A DNA stretch of 64,000 nucleotides, from contig OZ059899.1 of NCBI GenBank assembly GCA_964057225.1, forward strand, positions 17,112,001-17,176,000. The letters run 5' to 3'. Of this stretch, positions 56,511 through 64,000 are shown piece after piece; position 1 is the stretch's first letter, and every line of letters starts with the position of its first letter. The notes under the pieces are model-generated. The model saw only the letters and a program-made list of their open reading frames with translations, was not told the DNA's origin and did not search any database. Source of the DNA: Auanema rhodensis. Taxonomy: Eukaryota > Animalia > Nematoda. Made by a program: the position numbers and the translations under genes.

Positions 56511-59500
56511 AGCGCAAATCTGATAACACAGATCGACGCAGCTTAAAAATCCGCATCGAATGCACTATACAACATTGAGAAACGCTTAATACAAAAATTA
56601 GTTATGATCGTTTGAAAAAAGACGCATTAGTGTATGTTGAGTTTCCATGTACACTCAACATTGCTTCCAAAAACATTTTGACAAAAATTTTTTCGAAAAA
56701 TTTCAGAATATTTTAGCAAAAAATAGTTGTTTTTAGATTCCTTTTTTCAAGGCAAAGACGATGGACAATGTTATTCAACGAAAAAATTAATTCTGCAGGG
56801 TGAAAATCGAGGATATAAGTGTGAACTTATATCAGTTGATATCTCGGTGAATTTTTAAGCTAGCGCAAATCTGATAAAACAGATCGACACAGCTTAAAAA
56901 TCCGCATCGAATGCACTATACAACATTGAGAAACGCTTAATACAAAAATTAGTTATGATCGTTTGAAAAAAGACGCGTTAGTGTATGTTGAGTTTCCATG
57001 TACACTCAACATTGCTTCCAAAAACATTTTGACGAAAATTTTTTCGAAAAATTTCAGAATATTTTAGCAAAAAATAGTTGTTTTTAGATTCTTTTTTTCA
57101 AGGCAAAGACGATGGACAATGTTATTCAACGAAAAAATTAATTCTGCAGGGTGAAAATCGAGGATATAAGTGTGAACTTATATCAGTTGATATCTCGGTG
57201 CATTTTTAAGCTAGCGCAAATCTGATAACACAGATCGACGAAGCTTAAAAATCCGCATCGAATGCACTATACAACATTGAGAAACGCTTAATACAAAAAT
57301 TAGTTATGATCTTTGAAAAAAGACGCATTAGTGTATGTTGAGTTTCCATGTACACTCAACATTGCTTCCAAAAACATTTTGACAAAAATTTTTTCGAAAA
57401 ATTTCAGAATATTTTAGCAAAAAATAGTTGTTTTTAGATTCCTTTTTTCAAGGCAAAGACGATGGACAATGTTATTCAACGAAAAAATTAATTCTGCAGG
57501 GTGAAAATCGAGGATATAAGTGTGAACTTATATCAGTTGATATCTCGGTGAATTTTTAAGCTAGCGCAAATCTGATAAAACAGATCGACACAGCTTAAAA
57601 ATCCGCATCGAATGCACTATACAACATTGAGAAACGCTTAATACAAAAATTAGTTATGATCGTTTGAAAAAAGACGCGTTAGTGTATGTTGAGTTTCCAT
57701 GTACACTCAACATTGCTTCCAAAAACATTTTGACAAAAATTTTTTCGAAAAATTTCAGAATATTTTAGCAAAAAATAGTTGTTTTTAGATTCTTTTTTTC
57801 AAGGCAAAGACGATGGACAATGTTATTCAACGAAAAAATTAATTCTGCAGGGTGAAAATCGAGGATATAAGTGTGAACTTATATCAGTTGATATCTCGGT
57901 GCATTTTTAAGCTAGCGCAAATCTGATAACACAGATCGACGCAACTTAAAAATCCGCATCGAATGCACTATACAACATTGAGAAACGCTTAATACAAAAA
58001 TTAGTTATGATCGTTTGAAAAAAGACGCATTAGTGTATGTTGAGTTTCCATGTACACTCAACATTGCTTCCAAAAACATTTTGACAAAAATTTTTTCGAA
58101 AAATTTCAGAATATTTTAGCAAAAAATAGTTGTTTTTAGATTCCTTTTTTCAAGGCAAAGACGATGGACAATGTTATTCAACGAAAAAATTAATTCTGCA
58201 GGGTGAAAATCGAGGATATAAGTGTGAACTTATATCAGTTGATATCTCGGTGAATTTTTAAGCTAGCGCAAATCTGATAAAACAGATCGACACAGCTTAA
58301 AAATCCGCATCGAATGCACTATACAACATTGAGAAACGCTTAATACAAAAATTAGTTATGATCGTTTGAAAAAAGACGCGTTAGTGTATGTTGAGTTTCC
58401 ATGTACACTCAACATTGCTTCCAAAAACATTTTGACAAAAATTTTTTCGAAAAATTTCAGAATATTTTAGCAAAAAATAGTTGTTTTTAGATTCTTTTTT
58501 TCAAGGCAAAGGCGATGGACAATGTTATTCAACGAAAAAATTAATTCTGCAGGGTGAAAATCGAGGATATAAGTGTGAACTTATATCAGTTGATATCTCG
58601 GTGCATTTTTAAGCTAGCGCAAATCTGATAACACAGATCGACGCAGCTTAAAAATCCGCATCGAATGCACTATACAACATTGAGAAACGCTTAATACAAA
58701 AATTAGTTATGATCTTTGAAAAAAGACGCATTAGTGTATGTTGAGTTTCCATGTACACTCAACATTGCTTCCAAAAACATTTTGACAAAAATTTTTTCGA
58801 AAAATTTCAGAATATTTTAGCAAAAAATAGTTGTTTTTAGATTCCTTTTTTCAAGGCAAAGACGATGGACAATGTTATTCAACGAAAAAATTAATTCTGC
58901 AGGGTGAAAATCGAGGATATAAGTGTGAACTTATATCAGTTGATATCTCGGTGAATTTTTAAGCTAGCGCAAATCTGATAAAACAGATCGACGCAGTTTA
59001 AAAATCCGCATCGAATGCACTATACAACATTGAGAAACGCTTAATACAAAAATTAGTTATGATCGTTTGAAAAAAGACGCATTAGTGTATGTTCAGTTTC
59101 CATGTACACTCAACATTGCTTCCAAAAACATTTTGACAAAAATTTTTTCGAAAAATTTCAGAATATTTTAGCAAAAAATAGTTGTTTTTAGATTCCTTTT
59201 TTCAAGGCAAAGACGATGGACAATGTTATTCAACGAAAAAATTAATTCTGCAGGGTGAAAATCGAGGATATAAGTGTGAACTTATATCAGTTGATATCTC
59301 GGTGAATTTATAAGCTAGCGCAAATCTGATAACACAGATCGACGCAGCTTAAAAATCCGCATCGAATGCACTATACAACATTGAGAAACGCTTAATACAA
59401 AAATTAGTTATGATCGTTTGAAAAAAGACGCATTAGTGTATGTTGAGTTTCCATGTACACTCAACATTGCTTCCAAAAACATTTTGACAAAAATTTTTTC

Positions 59501-62110
59501 GAAAAATTTCAGAATATTTTAGCAAAAAATAGTTGTTTTTAGATTCCTTTTTTCAAGGCAAAGACGATGGACAATGTTATTCAACGAAAAAATTAATTCT
59601 GCAGGGTGAAAATCGAGGATATAAGTGTGAACTTATATCAGTTGATATCTCGGTGAATTTTTAAGCTAGCGCAAATCTGATAAAACAGATCGACACAGCT
59701 TAAAAATCCGCATCGAATGCACTATACAACATTGAGAAACGCTTAATACAAAAATTAGTTATGATCGTTTGAAAAAAGACGCGTTAGTGTATGTTGAGTT
59801 TCCATGTACACTCAACATTGCTTCCAAAAACATTTTGACGAAAATTTTTTCGAAAAATTTCAGAATATTTTAGCAAAAAATAGTTGTTTTTAGATTCTTT
59901 TTTTCAAGGCAAAGACGATGGACAATGTTATTCAACGAAAAAATTAATTCTGCAGGGTGAAAATCGAGGATATAAGTGTGAACTTATATCAGTTGATATC
60001 TCGGTGCATTTTTAAGCTAGCGCAAATCTGATAACACAGATCGACGAAGCTTAAAAATCCGCATCGAATGCACTATACAACATTGAGAAACGCTTAATAC
60101 AAAAATTAGTTATGATCTTTGAAAAAAGACGCATTAGTGTATGTTGAGTTTCCATGTACACTCAACATTGCTTCCAAAAACATTTTGACAAAAATTTTTT
60201 CGAAAAATTTCAGAATATTTTAGCAAAAAATAGTTGTTTTTAGATTCCTTTTTTCAAGGCAAAGACGATGGACAATGTTATTCAACGAAAAAATTAATTC
60301 TGCAGGGTGAAAATCGAGGATATAAGTGTGAACTTATATCAGTTGATATCTCGGTGAATTTTTAAGCTAGCGCAAATCTGATAAAACAGATCGACACAGC
60401 TTAAAAATCCGCATCGAATGCACTATACAACATTGAGAAACGCTTAATACAAAAATTAGTTATGATCGTTTGAAAAAAGACGCGTTAGTGTATGTTGAGT
60501 TTCCATGTACACTCAACATTGCTTCCAAAAACATTTTGACAAAAATTTTTTCGAAAAATTTCAGAATATTTTAGCAAAAAATAGTTGTTTTTAGATTCTT
60601 TTTTTCAAGGCAAAGACGATGGACAATGTTATTCAACGAAAAAATTAATTCTGCAGGGTGAAAATCGAGGATATAAGTGTGAACTTATATCAGTTGATAT
60701 CTCGGTGCATTTTTAAGCTAGCGCAAATCTGATAACACAGATCGACGCAACTTAAAAATCCGCATCGAATGCACTATACAACATTGAGAAACGCTTAATA
60801 CAAAAATTAGTTATGATCGTTTGAAAAAAGACGCATTAGTGTATGTTGAGTTTCCATGTACACTCAACATTGCTTCCAAAAACATTTTGACAAAAATTTT
60901 TTCGAAAAATTTCAGAATATTTTAGCAAAAAATAGTTGTTTTTAGATTCCTTTTTTCAAGGCAAAGACGATGGACAATGTTATTCAACGAAAAAATTAAT
61001 TCTGCAGGGTGAAAATCGAGGATATAAGTGTGAACTTATATCAGTTGATATCTCGGTGAATTTTTAAGCTAGCGCAAATCTGATAAAACAGATCGACACA
61101 GCTTAAAAATCCGCATCGAATGCACTATACAACATTGAGAAACGCTTAATACAAAAATTAGTTATGATCGTTTGAAAAAAGACGCGTTAGTGTATGTTGA
61201 GTTTCCATGTACACTCAACATTGCTTCCAAAAACATTTTGACAAAAATTTTTTCGAAAAATTTCAGAATATTTTAGCAAAAAATAGTTGTTTTTAGATTC
61301 TTTTTTTCAAGGCAAAGGAGATGGACAATGTTATTCAACGAAAAAATTAATTCTGCAGGGTGAAAATCGAGGATATAAGTGTGAACTTATATCAGTTGAT
61401 ATCTCGGTGCATTTTTAAGCTAGCGCAAATCTGATAACACAGATCGACGCAGCTTAAAAATCCGCATCGAATGCACTATACAACATTGAGAAACGCTTAA
61501 TACAAAAATTAGTTATGATCTTTGAAAAAAGACGCATTAGTGTATGTTGAGTTTCCATGTACACTCAACATTGCTTCCAAAAACATTTTGACAAAAATTT
61601 TTTCGAAAAATTTCAGAATATTTTAGCAAAAAATAGTTGTTTTTAGATTCCTTTTTTCAAGGCAAAGACGATGGACAAAGTTATTCAACGAAAAAATTAA
61701 TTCTGCAGGGTGAAAATCGAGGATATAAGTGTGAACTTATATCAGTTGATATCTCGGTGAATTTTTAAGCTAGCGCAAATCTGATAAAACAGATCGACGC
61801 AGTTTAAAAATCCGCATCGAATGCACTATACAACATTGAGAAACGCTTAATACAAAAATTAGTTATGATCGTTTGAAAAAAGACGCATTAGTGTATGTTC
61901 AGTTTCCATGTACACTCAACATTGCTTCCAAAAACATTTTGACAAAAATTTTTTCGAAAAATTTCAGAATATTTTAGCAAAAAATAGTTGTTTTTAGATT
62001 CCTTTTTTCAAGGCAAAGACGATGGACAATGTTATTCAACGAAAAAATTAATTCTGCAGGGTGAAAATCGAGGATATAAGTGTGAACTTATATCAGTTGA
62101 TATCTCGGTG
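56290..62110. repeat. 8-mer (2806-bp) higher-order repeat, two copies, built from 1403-bp 4-mers
   Basis: Markers at +2806: TTTATAAG 56504/59310, GACGAAAATT 57034/59840, GACGAAGCTT 57241/60047, GCAACTT 57944/60750, GTTCAG 59094/61900. A 1-bp deletion (GATCTTTG) occurs every 1403 bp. Confidence 0.92.
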
Positions 62111-64000
62111 AATTTTTAAGCTGGCGCAAATCTGATAACACAGATCGACGCAGCTTAAAAATCCGCATCGAATGCACTATACAACATTGAGAAACGCTTA
62201 ATACAAAAATTAGTTATGATCTTTGAAAAAAGACGCATTAGTGTATGTTGAGTTTCCATGTACACTCAACATTGCTTCCAAAAACATTTTGACAAAAATT
62301 TTTTCGAAAAATTTCAGAATAATTTCGCAAAAAGTAAATGTTTTTAGATTCCTTTTTTTAAGGCAAAGACGATGGACAATGTTATTCAACGGAAAAATTA
62401 ATTCTGCAGGGTGAAAATCGAGGATATAAGTGTGAACTTATATCAGTTGATATCTCGGTGCATTTTTAAGCTAGCGCAAATCTGATAACACAGATCGACG
62501 CAGCTTAAAAATCCGCATCGAATGCACTATACAACATTGAGAAACGCTTAATACAAAAATTAGTTATGATCGTTTGAAAAAAGATGCATTAGTGTATGTT
62601 GAGTTTCCATGTACACTCAACATTGCTTCCAAAAACATTTTTACAAAAATTTTTCCGAAAAATTTCAAAATAATTTCGCAAAAAGTAGATGTTTTTAGAT
62701 TTTTTTTCAAGGCAAAGACGATGGACAATGTTATTCAACGAAAAAATTAATTCTCCAGGGTGAAAATCGAGGATATAAGTGTGAACTTATATCAGTTGAT
62801 ATCTCTGTGAATTTTTAAGCTAGCGCAAATCTGATAACACAGATCGACGCAGCTTAAAAATCCGCATCGAATGCACTATACAACATTGAGAAACGCTTAA
62901 TACAAAAATTAGTTATGATCGTTTGAAAAATGATGCATTAGTGTATGTTGAGTTTCCATGTACACTCAACATTGCTTCCAAAAACATTTTTACAAAAATT
63001 TTTCCGAAAAATTTCGAAACAATTTCGCAAAAAGTAGATGTTTTTAGATTCCTTTTTTCAAGGCAAAGACGATGGACATTGTTATTCAACGAAAAAATTA
63101 ATTCTGCAGGGTGAAAATCGAGGATATAAGTGTGAACTTATATCAGTTGATATCTCGGTGAATTTTTAAGCTAGCGCAAATCTGATAACACAGATCGACG
63201 CAGCTTACAAATCCGCATCGAATGCACTATACAACATTGAGAAACGCTTAATACAAAAATTAGTTATGATCGTTTGAAAAAAGACGCATTAGTGTATGTT
63301 GAGTTTCCATGTACACTCAACATTGCTTCCAAAAACATTTTGACAAAAATTTTTTCGAAAATTTTCAAAATAATTTCGCAAAAAGTAAATGTTTTTAGAT
63401 TCCTTTTTTCAAGGCAAAGACGATGGACAATGTTATTCAACGAAAAAATTAATTCTGCAGGGTGAAAATCGAGGATATAAGTGTGAACTTATATCAGTTG
63501 ATATCTCGGTGAATTTTTAAGCTAGCGCAAATCTGATAACACAGATCGACGCAGCTTAAAAATCCGCATCGAATGCACTATACAACATTGAGAAACGCTT
63601 AATACAAAAATTAGTTATGATCGTTTGAAAAAAGACGCATTAGTGTATGTTGAGTTTCCATGTACACTCAACATTGCTTCCAAAAACATTTTGACAAAAA
63701 TTTTTTCGAAAAATTTCAGAATATTTTAGCAAAAAATAGTTGTTTTTAGATTCCTTTTTTCAAGGCAAAGACGATGGACAATGTTATTCAACGAAAAAAT
63801 TAATTCTCCAGGGTGAAAATCGAGGATATAAGTGTGAACTTATATCAGTTGATATCTCGGTGAATTTTTAAGCTAGCGCAAATCTGATAACACAGATCGA
63901 CGCAGCTTAAAAATCCGCATCGAATGCACTATACAACATTGAGAAACGCTTAATACAAAAATTAGTTATGATCGTTTGAAAAATGATGCATTAGTGTATG

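Larger units (their letters stand above)
1..64000. repeat. Tandem satellite DNA array, 351-bp monomer, ~182.3 copies, head-to-tail, running off both window edges
   Basis: GCGCAAATCTG recurs at 1, 352, 703 ... 56161 (=160x351+1) ... 63876. ORF-track starts are spaced by exact multiples of 351 up to 54155. Copies differ only by scattered substitutions and six small deletions. No non-repeat sequence seen. Confidence 0.99.

Noticed and set aside
101-63465. Repeated 63-aa ORF (MKKDALVYVEF...) in most monomers
   Set aside because: It starts at TTG, its K/F/I/N-rich content simply reflects A/T tracts, and I recognise no domain. Most common variants are non-synonymous (K>N, F>L, P>S, D>N, S>L, E>G), and a subfamily with an internal TAG expanded to dominate 46-62 kb. 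There is no sign of coding constraint.
1-64000. CRISPR array or other repeat-spacer / cassette system
   Set aside because: There are no unique spacers or cassettes: the full 351 bp is repeated, and no cas, integrase or reverse transcriptase gene is present.
1-64000. Concatemer or rolling-circle sequencing artefact
   Set aside because: Variants are linked into haplotypes that recur at defined multi-monomer periods and indels are almost absent, unlike random read error on one template. Local misassembly cannot be excluded.

Overview
The whole 64 kb window is one head-to-tail tandem array of a 351-bp, AT-rich monomer (about 32% GC by hand count of copy 1). It holds 182 complete copies plus a 125-bp partial copy, all in one orientation. 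I see no unique sequence, insertion, inversion, credible gene, RNA gene or CRISPR. It looks like the interior of a eukaryotic satellite DNA array (heterochromatic or possibly centromeric), and CpG is not depleted, which hints at an invertebrate host (inference). The repeated 63-aa ORF is most likely a by-product of the repeat. The interesting signal is structural. (1) Monomer variants record a patchwork of local higher-order duplications of 2, 3, 4, 5, 6, 8, 12, 13 and 20 monomers, including a nested 2->4->8 hierarchy near the 3' end. (2) A subfamily with five linked substitutions is sporadic at the 5' end and takes over 46-62 kb, ending abruptly at a chimeric monomer. (3) Monomer length shows no net indel for the first 57 kb. 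(4) The monomer is dense in dyad symmetry: a ~67-bp hairpin across the junction, a ~120-bp degenerate dyad, and two perfect 9-bp stems, one with a GNRA-type loop. I cannot name the satellite family or species, and I find no evidence of a new protein-coding system.
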